Of a stretch of 64,000 nucleotides of DNA, positions 31,980-41,368 are shown piece after piece. Numbering within the stretch: the first letter of the stretch is position 1; the number at the start of each line of letters is the position of its first letter. The DNA lies in NCBI GenBank assembly GCA_965221695.1, contig OZ244905.1:2701384-2765383 (forward strand), read 5' to 3'. The position numbers were made by a program, and so were the translations under genes. Origin of the DNA: Gammaproteobacteria bacterium. GTDB taxonomy: Bacteria; Pseudomonadota; Gammaproteobacteria; Eutrophobiales; Eutrophobiaceae. The notes below the pieces were generated by a model. The model made no database searches. It was not told the DNA's origin and worked only from the letters and a program-made list of their open reading frames with translations.

Positions 31980-33317
31980 ATGCAGGTTAATTCACGCAAA
32001 TACTTCGGCACCGACGGCATTCGCGGCAAGGTGGGCGAGGAACCCGTCACGCCCGATTTTGTCATGAAATTGGGCTGGGCTATTGGCAAGGCGCTGCATA
32101 AAAACAACGCAGGGCCCATTCTTATCGGCAAAGATACTCGGGTGTCCGGTTATATGTTTGAATCGGCGCTGGAAGCGGGACTGTCTGCCGCAGGCGTTGA
32201 TATTCGCCTGCTTGGCCCAACGCCGACGCCGGCCGTAGCCTACCTGACAAAAAATACCCGCGCCGAGGCAGGTATAGTGATCAGCGCTTCCCACAACCCC
32301 TATTTTGACAATGGCATCAAGATCTTTTCCAGAAACGGCAGGAAACTGCCGGATGCTGTCGAATTATTGATAGAAGAGCATCTGGCGAGTTCCATTGAGG
32401 TTGTGGAACCGAACAAGCTGGGCAAGGCGCGCCGGATTACGGACGCGGCGCGCAGGTATATAGAGTACTGCAAAAGCAGGATCGACTGTGACCTGAACGG
32501 TATTCGTATGGTGGTCGATTGCGCTAACGGCGCAGCCTACAGGATTGCGCCCAAGGTGTTTGAGGAATTGGGCGCCACGGTCAATGCGATAGGTGTGGAA
32601 CCGGATGGCTTAAATATAAACAACGGCTGCGGCGCCACCAAACCGGCAGTTTTGCAACAGACCGTGCTGGAATGCCAGGCGGATGTCGGCATCTCGCTGG
32701 ATGGTGATGGCGACCGCTTGATTATGGTCGATCATAAGGGCCAACTGGTGGATGGCGACGAGTTGCTCTACATCATTGCAAATCACCAACGAAAGACGCT
32801 CAATGGGGGCGTTGTGGGCACGCAGATGAGCAACCTGGGACTGGAGCAAGCGCTGAGGGATATGGGATTTGAGTTTTACCGGTCGCAGGTGGGAGACCGA
32901 TATGTCGCGGAAATGCTGGATGAAAAAAATCTGACGCTGGGAGGTGAACAATCGGGCCATATCGTAAACAGGAATTTTTCGGATACGGGTGATGGCATCA
33001 TTTCCGCGCTACAAGTATTGAAAGCTATGTTGGACACCGGAGAGAATTTGTGTGCCTTAAAAAGTGGCATGAAAAAATTTCCACAGGCGTTATTGAATAT
33101 AGTCCTGCGCAAACCTGTGCGGCTTCAGGATTATCCGGAGATCGACGGCATGGTGAGAGAAGTTGAAAAACAGCTCGATGACCTGGGACGGGTGTTGTTG
33201 CGCTGTTCGGGTACCGAGCCTGTGTTGCGGGTAATGGTGGAAGGCCGGGATGCCGGTAAAGTGCACAAGCTGACGCGCAAACTGGCCGGGGACATTGATG
33301 AGTTGATCAGTGGTTAA
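31980..33317 (+). CDS. glmM: Phosphoglucosamine mutase
   Basis: KYFGTDGIRGKVG N-terminus and the SASHNP phosphoserine loop. The start was taken at the ATG at 31980. Confidence 0.95.
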   Translation: MQVNSRKYFGTDGIRGKVGEEPVTPDFVMKLGWAIGKALHKNNAGPILIGKDTRVSGYMFESALEAGLSAAGVDIRLLGPTPTPAVAYLTKNTRAEAGIVISASHNPYFDNGIKIFSRNGRKLPDAVELLIEEHLASSIEVVEPNKLGKARRITDAARRYIEYCKSRIDCDLNGIRMVVDCANGAAYRIAPKVFEELGATVNAIGVEPDGLNINNGCGATKPAVLQQTVLECQADVGISLDGDGDRLIMVDHKGQLVDGDELLYIIANHQRKTLNGGVVGTQMSNLGLEQALRDMGFEFYRSQVGDRYVAEMLDEKNLTLGGEQSGHIVNRNFSDTGDGIISALQVLKAMLDTGENLCALKSGMKKFPQALLNIVLRKPVRLQDYPEIDGMVREVEKQLDDLGRVLLRCSGTEPVLRVMVEGRDAGKVHKLTRKLAGDIDELISG

Positions 33318-34911
33318 AGAGAACCGGCAGAAACGCATACTGGTAGCCGACAGGATTTCGCCTGAAGGCAAGGAATTCCTTGACGGCCAGGAGAATTTCA
33401 TCACAGATCATATCACCGGACTTGATGAGGCCGGGTTATGTGAGAAAATCGGCGCGTACCATGCGGTAATCGTGCGCAGCGCCACGACGATATCGGCGCC
33501 AGTCCTGGACGCGGCCGGCAGGCTTGAAGTAATCGGCAGGGCCGGCATTGGTGTCGATAATATTGACGTCAACCATGCCACGGGCAAAGGCGTTGTGGTG
33601 CTCAACACCCCGGACGCGAACGTAACGACAACGGCGGAACTGACGTTGGCGCATCTTTTTTCCCTGAGTCGAAACCTGCCCCAGGCCGACTCTTCAGTGA
33701 AAGCAGGAGAATGGAAGCGCGCCCGCTTCATGGGTGTGGAACTGAGCGGCAAGACCCTGGGCATCATCGGCTACGGGCATATCGGCAGGATTGTGGCAGC
33801 CAAGGCGCTGGCCCTGGAAATGCTGGTAATCGCCCATGATCCGTTTGTTACCGAAGAAAAGTTTCTCGCCGACGGCGTTACCGGCGTCGGTCTCGATGAA
33901 CTGCTCAGCGAGGCGGATTTTGTCAGCGTGCATTGCCCGTTGAATGACAAGACCCGTAACATCATCAATGCCGACCGGCTCAAGACAATGAAACGCGGCG
34001 CGCGGCTGATCAACTGCGCCCGCGGCGGGCTCGTCGACGAAACCGCGTTATATGAAGCGCTCAAGAGCGGGCAATTGTCCGGCGCGGCGCTGGATGTATT
34101 TTCCCGCGAGCCTCCGGATGGTTCTCCCCTGTTGGAACTCGATAACGTATTGCTGACGCCGCACCTTGGCGCATCGACCCGGGAAGCACAGGCTGCGGCC
34201 GGCATCGAGATAGCACAGCAGGTCAGCATTTACCTGAAGACCGGTGAACCCATTAACGCGATCAACCTGCCGGCGGTATCATCGGAGGAACTGGTGAAGC
34301 TGCAGCCGTACATGGCGCTGGCGAGACGCCTGGGAAACCTGCTCGGTCTTATGATTCCGGACTCCATACACCGGCTGGAAGTGTCCCTGTTTGGCGAAGC
34401 CGCAGAGCGGGACATGAGCAGCATCGCCACGGAGGGGTTGGTGGGGTTATTGGGTGTCCATATGTCAACCGAGGTAAACCGGGTGAACGCAAAACATATC
34501 GCCGAGCAACAGGGTTTGAGCCTGGTGGAGGCCCGTGGTGGCGAACATCCGGATTACCATTCAGCGGTCAGCCTTTCGGTGCATAACGGTGAAGGCGAAA
34601 CGCGGGTTGTCGGGACACTGTTCCAAAGAAGATACCCGCGCCTGATCAGGATCAACGATTACGAGATAGAAGCCGTGCTGGAAGGACACCTGCTGGTTAC
34701 CAGGCATAATGATCAACCCGGCGTGATCGCCGCCATCAGCAACCTGCTGGCAGGTGAAAAGATCAACATTTCGCGTATGCAACTGGGGATCGTATCCGGC
34801 AGCGACAAAGCGGTCGCGGTGATTGGCGTGTCGACCCCGCTGAACAATGAACTGATGAAGGAACTGGCTCAAATCGAGGCGATAAACAAGGTGATACAGG
34901 TCAGCCTGTAA
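33310..34911 (+). CDS. serA: D-3-phosphoglycerate dehydrogenase (long form with C-terminal ACT domain)
   Basis: GIIGYGHIGR NAD motif. The 533 aa length fits a C-terminal ASB/ACT region. The GTG start overlaps the glmM end by 8 nt. Confidence 0.9.
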   Translation: MVKENRQKRILVADRISPEGKEFLDGQENFITDHITGLDEAGLCEKIGAYHAVIVRSATTISAPVLDAAGRLEVIGRAGIGVDNIDVNHATGKGVVVLNTPDANVTTTAELTLAHLFSLSRNLPQADSSVKAGEWKRARFMGVELSGKTLGIIGYGHIGRIVAAKALALEMLVIAHDPFVTEEKFLADGVTGVGLDELLSEADFVSVHCPLNDKTRNIINADRLKTMKRGARLINCARGGLVDETALYEALKSGQLSGAALDVFSREPPDGSPLLELDNVLLTPHLGASTREAQAAAGIEIAQQVSIYLKTGEPINAINLPAVSSEELVKLQPYMALARRLGNLLGLMIPDSIHRLEVSLFGEAAERDMSSIATEGLVGLLGVHMSTEVNRVNAKHIAEQQGLSLVEARGGEHPDYHSAVSLSVHNGEGETRVVGTLFQRRYPRLIRINDYEIEAVLEGHLLVTRHNDQPGVIAAISNLLAGEKINISRMQLGIVSGSDKAVAVIGVSTPLNNELMKELAQIEAINKVIQVSL

Positions 34912-34921
34912 ATTCCCAATA

Positions 34922-36166
34922 ATGTTAATCAAGGCTTTCAGAGGTTATCGCCCCGACAGGGACAGGGTTGCCAGGGTTGCATCAAGACCGTATGACGTGA
35001 TCACAACGGAAGAAGCCAGGGAGGAAGCAGCCGGCAACCCGTATTCCTTCCTGAACATCGTCAAACCGGAGATCGGTTATCCCGCCGGCACAGAACCCGG
35101 TGACCCGGAAATGTACCGTGCCGCGGCGGCAAACTTCCAAGCCTTGGTCGATAGCGGGACATTTGTCCGGGATGAACAGGAATGCCTGTATATCTATGAA
35201 CTAAGTGTGAACCGGCGTCCGAGGACGGGCATTGTCGCCGCCGCCGCTGTGGACGATTACCTGGACGGCCGTATCAGGAAACACGAATTGACCCGGTTTG
35301 ACAAGGAGGCGGACCGGGCGAACCATATTCGTACAACAATGCTCAACGTGGAGCCGGTGATGTTTGCCTATCGCGATGACCGGCGAATGGGCGATCTTGT
35401 AGATTCAATCAAATCGGGGCAACCGGAGTACGACTTCGTTGACGAGGACTCGGTGCAGCACAGGTTCTGGATCGTCAATGAGCCTGGGACCGTTGCTGCG
35501 ATTATCCGCGCATTTGCCGGCATCCCCGCAACTTACGTGGCTGACGGTCACCACCGCACCGCTGCTGCCGCGATCGTCAGCCAGCAACTGGACAGTGAAG
35601 GCCAAAAGAGCAATGCGGATCAGGGACATCATTTCTTTCTGGCTGTACATTTTCCCGACAGCGAACTGGAAATTCTCGATTACAACCGGCTGGTCACCGA
35701 CCTCAACGCTCTTGAACAAGATGAATTCCTGCGCGAGTTGGGGCTGGCGTTCGTAGTTGAGAGGACTGGAGGGCGGCCCGTAAGACCGAAGCAACCCGGC
35801 GTCATGGGCATGTACCTCGCAGGCAGTTGGTACCGCCTGAGCGCGCGGCCCGGTACGTATAATCCCGATGATGTGATGTCGGCGCTGGGCGTCAGCATCC
35901 TGTCCGACCTGATCCTGGCGCCCATACTGGGCATTCACGACCAGAGGACCGACCCGCGCATAATCTATGTCGGTGGCGTGAGCGGCACAGAGAAGCTCCA
36001 GGAGAGGGTGGACAGCGGCGAAATGGCTGTTGCCTTCACTCTGCACCCGGTATCGATACAGGAACTGATGGCCATCGCTGACTCCGGCAGGATTATGCCA
36101 CCCAAGGCCACCTGGTTTGAACCGAAACTGCGCAGCGGCCTTGTAGTCTACAGTCTTAAGGACTAA
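34922..36166 (+). CDS. DUF1015 domain-containing protein
   Basis: MLIKAFRGYRP...ASRPYDVI N-terminus and ADGHHR motif. This family commonly sits next to serA. Confidence 0.8.
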   Translation: MLIKAFRGYRPDRDRVARVASRPYDVITTEEAREEAAGNPYSFLNIVKPEIGYPAGTEPGDPEMYRAAAANFQALVDSGTFVRDEQECLYIYELSVNRRPRTGIVAAAAVDDYLDGRIRKHELTRFDKEADRANHIRTTMLNVEPVMFAYRDDRRMGDLVDSIKSGQPEYDFVDEDSVQHRFWIVNEPGTVAAIIRAFAGIPATYVADGHHRTAAAAIVSQQLDSEGQKSNADQGHHFFLAVHFPDSELEILDYNRLVTDLNALEQDEFLRELGLAFVVERTGGRPVRPKQPGVMGMYLAGSWYRLSARPGTYNPDDVMSALGVSILSDLILAPILGIHDQRTDPRIIYVGGVSGTEKLQERVDSGEMAVAFTLHPVSIQELMAIADSGRIMPPKATWFEPKLRSGLVVYSLKD

Positions 36167-36260
36167 TTCCGCAGCTTTGCCAACCGTTCTATGCGGTTGC
36201 CCTGCGCAGCGATGCAGGGATAATGTGCTGTACCGCATAATCAGCTACAATAACCAGCCC

Positions 36261-36347
36261 GGAGAGGTGCCAGAGTGGTTGAATGGGGCAGACTCGAAAT
36301 CTGTTGTACGCGTCAGCGTACCGTGGGTTCGAATCCCACCCTCTCCG
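36261..36347 (+). tRNA. tRNA-Ser (anticodon CGA)
   Basis: ggagaggtgccagagtggttgaatggg...gactCGAaatc..., a long variable arm (gtacgcgtcagcgtac), T arm gtgggttcgaatcccac, and an acceptor pairing GGAGAGG/CCTCTCC with discriminator G. No CCA is encoded. Confidence 0.9.
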
Positions 36348-36701
36348 TAACATTCATGCCACAGGCGCATCTGGCGCCTGTGGCATGAATGTTGATGCAA
36401 TGGGGTTCGAACCCACGGTAATTAAATACGGGTTCGACAAATTCGCTGGGAGCGAATTTGAACAGCGTAGCTGGCCCCGGAGGGGCAAACTACATGGATG
36501 TAGTTTGTAATCCCACCCTCTCCGTAACATTCATGGCACAGGCGCTTCTGTCGCCTGTGCCATGAATGTTGATGCAATGGGGTTCGAACCCACGGTAATT
36601 AAATACGGGTTCGACAAATTCGCTGGGAGCGAATTTGAACAGCGTAGCTGGCCCCGGAGGGGCAAACTACATGGATGTAGTTTGTAATCCCACCCTCTCC
36701 G
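36332..36701 (+). repeat. Two tandem 177-bp units, each bounded by the 16-nt tRNA-Ser 3' end (three copies: 36332, 36509, 36686)
   Basis: aatcccaccctctccg occurs three times with an exact 177-bp period. Each unit starts with a 20-bp-stem hairpin (36349-36393; 36526-36570). Confidence 0.9.
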
Positions 36702-36705
36702 CCAT

Positions 36706-37896
36706 CTAATAGTCCGGTAAAGTCCGGAGTCTTCCAAGCGCTTCAATGAAATGTGCTAGTGACAGGATGGTTGTGTCCTGGCTGCCGGGGAATGTATCTT
36801 CGCCAGTGTAAACAACAAATTTCTGTTTTACCTTTAAGTCTTCACAGGCCATGTGAAAGCCTTTTTTCAAGGTTGGAGTTCGGCTTGCTTTGATCTCAAC
36901 GGCCCAGTATTCATCAAGACCAAACTCAATTACCAAATCAATTTCTGCCCCAGCAGATGTGCGATAGAAAAACGGATGAGCGCTTGAAGGTAAGGCGTTA
37001 ATAATGGTCTCAATGACAAACCCCTCCCAGCTTTTTCCGAATATAGGATGCCCCAACAAAGCTTCATAATTCGGAATTTGCAGCAAGGCATGCACAAGAC
37101 CGCTATCGCGTACATAGGTACGTGGTGATTTCACCAGCCGTTTTTTGACGTTCCCATGCCAAGGCTCTAGCCTGCGAACCAATAACAAATCAACCATGAG
37201 GTCCAGATATCGACTAACGGTGACACTCTCTACGCCAAGAGAGCTTGCGAGTTTTGACGCGTTCAGTAGTTCACCTTGTGTATGGGCAAGCATGGTCCAA
37301 AAGCGCATCAAGGTCGTTGCTGGAATTCTTGGTCCTAGCTGAGGGATGTCTCGTTCCAGATAGGTGCGAATAAAATTCTGCCGCCACTGGTGACTGGCCG
37401 CATCATCTTCAGCGGCATAGCTGTCGGGAAACCCACCACGTATCCAGAGCTTTTGTAAGGGCTCTCCGGATGTTTCTTCAATTTCAAAAAGGTTTAAGCC
37501 AGTCAGTTCAGAGTAATGAATGCGGCCAGCAAGGCTCTCAGAGCTTTGTTTTAGCAACTCATTGGTTGCCGATCCTAAAACAAGAAAGCGTCCGTTTCCG
37601 CGCCCCTCACGACGTCTGGCATCAATGATTCCGCGCAGTGACATAAACAAATCAGGGTAGCGTTGGACCTCATCGAGAATGACCAGCTTATCTGCATGTA
37701 GTTCTAGATAGTGGGCAGGGTCTTTGAGCTTTTGGAAATCCTCTGGGTTCTCGAGATCCAAATAAACAGATGGTTGCCCTTTGGCGATCTCATGGGCAAG
37801 CGTTGTCTTGCCAATCTGGCGCGGGCCAAGAATGGCAACAGCCGGATTTTGACTGAGACTTTTGATGATTTTCTGTGTAAGCTCTCTTTCATACAT
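36706..37896 (-). CDS. AAA-family ATPase with C-terminal DUF4143-type domain
   Basis: MYERELTQKI...VAILGPRQIGKTTLAHEIA (Walker A), VILDEVQ (Walker B), about 396 aa. The track ORF extends to 37971. Confidence 0.75.
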   Translation of the reverse strand: MYERELTQKIIKSLSQNPAVAILGPRQIGKTTLAHEIAKGQPSVYLDLENPEDFQKLKDPAHYLELHADKLVILDEVQRYPDLFMSLRGIIDARRREGRGNGRFLVLGSATNELLKQSSESLAGRIHYSELTGLNLFEIEETSGEPLQKLWIRGGFPDSYAAEDDAASHQWRQNFIRTYLERDIPQLGPRIPATTLMRFWTMLAHTQGELLNASKLASSLGVESVTVSRYLDLMVDLLLVRRLEPWHGNVKKRLVKSPRTYVRDSGLVHALLQIPNYEALLGHPIFGKSWEGFVIETIINALPSSAHPFFYRTSAGAEIDLVIEFGLDEYWAVEIKASRTPTLKKGFHMACEDLKVKQKFVVYTGEDTFPGSQDTTILSLAHFIEALGRLRTLPDY

Positions 37897-38276
37897 GCTA
37901 GCAATACTAACACAAAATATTAAATATGCAAGGTAAATGTTTTTGTGGTGATCTGTTTCCAATGAAGGCAAAGCGGGATTAGAACCCGCGATACGGTACC
38001 GTGTTCACAACAAAAACCGGCGCTTGGCGAGGAAGGTGTACAGGCGGGTGGTGAACAAGTCGCCGGTACGGCGAACTTTGCGAGGCACAAACCTCTTATC
38101 ACCCAATGTAATTCGGTTTGTATAGTCCGCAACATCCGTAATTGGTTTTGAAAATCCTGTGTCTATGGACAACCCCCCCATACTTGATTAGCATAAGTCA
38201 TAAGGAGGACCTATCGTGAACGTTGATTTCGTGACAAAGCGCCAGTCTGACAATCTCATGCAAATGCCGACCATCC

Positions 38277-38684
38277 ATGTCCAGGATTCGTTGTTATAGT
38301 ATCGGTCGAGACCCCTCCGCATCCATCGTACTGCGTCATGAGACGGTGTCGCGCAGGCATGCAGAGTTGATTCCCGTATCCGGCGGGCAGGTATACGTCA
38401 CGGATTGCGCCAGCGCCTGCGGGACTTTCATCGATAAGGGCAGGCGCTGGGAGAGGCTTACCCAGGATTTCGTCGGCGCAGGCGGCAGGGTGCGTTTCGG
38501 CGAGGTTGAGGTCAGCGTGCAGAGTCTGCTGGCGGACATTGCCCGCTTGCCTGCCGGCGGTGGAACGGGTCCCGGCGGTTCGGCGGAGCCCGGCGGTACC
38601 CCAGGCGCCGATAAGAAGAAACATGTGGATGCCGGCCGCGGGGTCATGCGCGACCCGGAAACGGGCGAGCCGATTCCCATGTAA
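38277..38684 (+). CDS. Small FHA-domain protein with Gly/Pro-rich tail (operon gene 1)
   Basis: YSIGRDPSASIVLRHETVSRRHAEL...VTDCASACGTFI carries the FHA G-R...S-R-x-H...GT pattern. Confidence 0.75.
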   Translation: MSRIRCYSIGRDPSASIVLRHETVSRRHAELIPVSGGQVYVTDCASACGTFIDKGRRWERLTQDFVGAGGRVRFGEVEVSVQSLLADIARLPAGGGTGPGGSAEPGGTPGADKKKHVDAGRGVMRDPETGEPIPM

Positions 38685-38699
38685 TCGGACAGACAGACC

Positions 38700-39473
38700 A
38701 TGAACCAGAGAATGAGGATATTCATAGGGGCGCTGGGCGCGGGCGTGATCTTCATCGGCCTGCTCAGCCTGTTTTTCTCCGAAGGTTTCTTCGCCGACTT
38801 CCTGCTGGACCGGAATTCGAAGTTCATGCCCTACCCGGTCACGATACAGAATATCATGTGGCTGGTGTTCTTCATCGGGGCGGGAGAATTGCTGTCGCGC
38901 TACCTGCAGACGGACCGGGAAATCAGCCAGATCCGCCTGGGACTGTTGCCGGAGGACAGCACAACCCTATTGCGCAAGCAAGATCTGGGCGGCGTGTACC
39001 AGCGCGTCAAGGAAACCATGCACCCGGCGCCGGGCGCTGCGGAGGATTCCTATTTCCTGCAACGCCTGCTGTCCCGTTGTATCCTGCAGTTCCAGGTCAG
39101 CGGCGCCATTGATAAGGCAAACAACATGTTCAACTCCAGCCTGGAGTTGTTCCAGCACGAGGTCGAGCTGAGGTACAATGCCATTCGCTATATCGTCTGG
39201 CTGATCCCGACCCTGGGGTTCATCGGCACCGTGGTCGGCATCGCGCTGGCGCTCAGCAACGCCGGCAGCGTCGACAACTTCCAGGACCCCACCTTGCTGA
39301 AACAGCTTACCCAGAGTCTCGGCGTAGCGTTCTTTACCACCTTGCTGGCCTTGCTGCAATCCGCGGCGCTGATGTTCGCGCTGCATGTCGTACAAGGACA
39401 GGAGGAAGCGTCGCTGAACCGGATAGGGCAGTATTGCCTGGATAACCTGATTAACCGGTTGTACGAGACTTGA
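38700..39473 (+). CDS. MotA/TolQ/ExbB-family proton-channel-like membrane protein (operon gene 2)
   Basis: Predicted TM helices are present. The C-terminal block IPTLGFIGTVVGIALAL...LGVAFFTTLLALLQSAALMF matches the MotA_ExbB signature PxLGxxGTVxG...AxxTTxxGL. Confidence 0.7.
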   Translation: MNQRMRIFIGALGAGVIFIGLLSLFFSEGFFADFLLDRNSKFMPYPVTIQNIMWLVFFIGAGELLSRYLQTDREISQIRLGLLPEDSTTLLRKQDLGGVYQRVKETMHPAPGAAEDSYFLQRLLSRCILQFQVSGAIDKANNMFNSSLELFQHEVELRYNAIRYIVWLIPTLGFIGTVVGIALALSNAGSVDNFQDPTLLKQLTQSLGVAFFTTLLALLQSAALMFALHVVQGQEEASLNRIGQYCLDNLINRLYET

Positions 39474-39715
39474 TGGGGGTCGCCTGCGCGAGACAAATCG
39501 GCAGGACAGCCGATTTGCGCAGCGACTGCTGCCCGCAGGGTTGTATCCAGGGAAGGATGCAATGAGTGACGGAAGGAGAGAGGAATGACGGGTGGGTTCA
39601 AGAATGACGGTTAAGGGGCGAAGGGAGGTGTCGGCAAGTGGGTGTCGGCAAGTTGAACGCAGGGTGGTTTTCTGTTAAATTTTCATCAACCGCAACACCA
39701 GAAGGGGAGGACATC

Positions 39716-40375
39716 ATGCCGGTAAAACGCGATGCGGACGGGAACATCATAAAGGAACAGACAAGAACTACCGGAGTGGGTGATCCGGTGTTGCCGACCT
39801 TGGGGCGCTCCACTGTCGGCGCCACGGTCGGCCCCGGCAGGTCTCCCGAGACCAACCCCGGCCAGTCATCGGGTTATGAGGCCCAGACGGTGCTGGCAGG
39901 TTCGCCCCGTGTCGCGGAAGGGGAAGCCAGGACCCGGATCTACCGGCCCGGCAGGACGGGGCGGCAACAGCCGGAGACACCGGCTCCAGGTACGGGCGCT
40001 GAGGACGCGACGTCCTCTGCCATGGACGACCCGCCCGTAGGCTGGCTGGTCGTCGTCAGTGGGCCGGGACAGGGGAACTACATGGCCGTCGGCAACGGTT
40101 CGAATTCAGTCGGACGCGATGAGCGCGAGCGAGTGCGCGTGGATTTCGGTGACGAGTTGATCTCCCGCAGCGACCATTCAACGATCACCTACGATCCCAG
40201 GGGTAAGAAGTTTTACCTGCAGCACGGCGCCGGAAAAAACCTCACTTACCTGGAAGGCAAACCTGTCCTGGCGCCGACCGAACTGCCCGGGTTTTCCCGG
40301 ATCACGATTGGGAACACCGAATTGCTGTTCATCCCGCTCTGTTGCGATCAGTTTGACTGGGACGACTACACGTAA
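39716..40375 (+). CDS. FHA-domain protein with Thr/Pro/Gly-rich disordered N-terminus (operon gene 3)
   Basis: The ATG at 39716 is preceded by gaaggggagga. The C-terminus reads GWLVVVSGPGQGNYMAVGNGSNSVGRD...ISRSDHSTITYD...NLTYLEGKPV...ITIGNTELLF. Confidence 0.8.
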   Translation: MPVKRDADGNIIKEQTRTTGVGDPVLPTLGRSTVGATVGPGRSPETNPGQSSGYEAQTVLAGSPRVAEGEARTRIYRPGRTGRQQPETPAPGTGAEDATSSAMDDPPVGWLVVVSGPGQGNYMAVGNGSNSVGRDERERVRVDFGDELISRSDHSTITYDPRGKKFYLQHGAGKNLTYLEGKPVLAPTELPGFSRITIGNTELLFIPLCCDQFDWDDYT

Positions 40376-40384
40376 CAGGTCGTT

Positions 40385-41368
40385 ATGAATGCCCTCAAGC
40401 AGTGGGTGTCGGGAGAGCAGATCCAGGGAGACCGAAATTACCAGGAAGACTATTTCTCGCTCAGCCTGCTTTCCCAGGGCCGGGAACCTCCGGATGAAGA
40501 CTGCCTGCTGCTCGTGCTGGCCGACGGCATGGGCGGACATGCCGGCGGCGCCGTTGCCAGCGAGACGGTAGTCAAGGCATTCCAGGAGGGCTTCAACCGC
40601 GATGCAACCGGGATCGCAGAGCGTTTCAGCGCCGGCATCGACACCGCCAACAACGCCGTCAGGGAAAAACAACAGGCCGATCCGGAACTGTCCGAGATGG
40701 GTTGCACCCTGGTGGCCGCGCTGGTGGTCGGGTCGACCCTTTACTGGACCAGCGTCGGCGATTCCATACTGTGGCTGTGCCGGCAGGGACATTTGCAGAG
40801 ATTGAATGCGGACCATTCCATGAAACCGCTGTTGCTGGACCTGGTCGAATTGGGCAGGATGACCGAAGAAGAGGCGCTGAGCGATTACCGGATCAACCAG
40901 CTACGCTCGGCCATTTTCGGCGAGGAGGTTCAGCTGATTGACATGAACGCGGACGGTTTCCAACTGGAGAGTGGTGATCTCGTTTTACTGGCCAGCGACG
41001 GCCTGGAAACCCTGTCCGGGCAAAGCATGACAGATGTCATCGAGGCCCGCGCGGACGATGCCGATGAGATAGTGAACGCCCTGCTTGACGCAGTTGCCAT
41101 GGCGGGGGTGCGCGGGCAGGACAATACTACGGCGCTGGCGTACCGGGTCGGCCAGGGGCATGATTCACTGCACGGCGTACTGGCGGGCATCAGCACAGAT
41201 GACAAGGATGCCGTATTCGAGCAGCAAGTGAAACCCTCCCGAACCTGCGAGTTGCGCCCGGCACAGGAACAGGAAGCGCCGGCAAAGCGGCCCGGCATCT
41301 TCGCCCGAGCCATACATGCCTTCTCCGGTAGACCGGCGCGTCAAGACACTCGTGACGGGAAGCAATGA
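40385..41368 (+). CDS. PP2C-family Ser/Thr protein phosphatase (operon gene 4)
   Basis: RNYQEDY, LADGMGGHAGG, LASDGL and GQDNTTA motifs. Confidence 0.85.
   Translation: MNALKQWVSGEQIQGDRNYQEDYFSLSLLSQGREPPDEDCLLLVLADGMGGHAGGAVASETVVKAFQEGFNRDATGIAERFSAGIDTANNAVREKQQADPELSEMGCTLVAALVVGSTLYWTSVGDSILWLCRQGHLQRLNADHSMKPLLLDLVELGRMTEEEALSDYRINQLRSAIFGEEVQLIDMNADGFQLESGDLVLLASDGLETLSGQSMTDVIEARADDADEIVNALLDAVAMAGVRGQDNTTALAYRVGQGHDSLHGVLAGISTDDKDAVFEQQVKPSRTCELRPAQEQEAPAKRPGIFARAIHAFSGRPARQDTRDGKQ

Noticed and set aside
36332-36701. Possibility that the regularly spaced 16-nt repeats are a CRISPR array.
   Set aside because: There are only three repeats. The 161-bp segments between them are near-identical to each other. 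The repeat is the tRNA 3' end, and there are no cas genes in the window.
36283-36746. ORFs 36283-36510 (+) and 36531-36746 (-).
   Set aside because: They run through the tRNA-Ser gene and the 177-bp tandem units, so they are not protein-coding.
37960-38050. T-arm-like palindrome gcgggattagaacccgc (37973-37989), considered as a minus-strand tRNA or a second att site.
   Set aside because: I could not fold a cloverleaf. There is no matching acceptor 5' strand, and the T-loop would have a pyrimidine at position 57. It also does not match the tRNA-Ser 16-mer.
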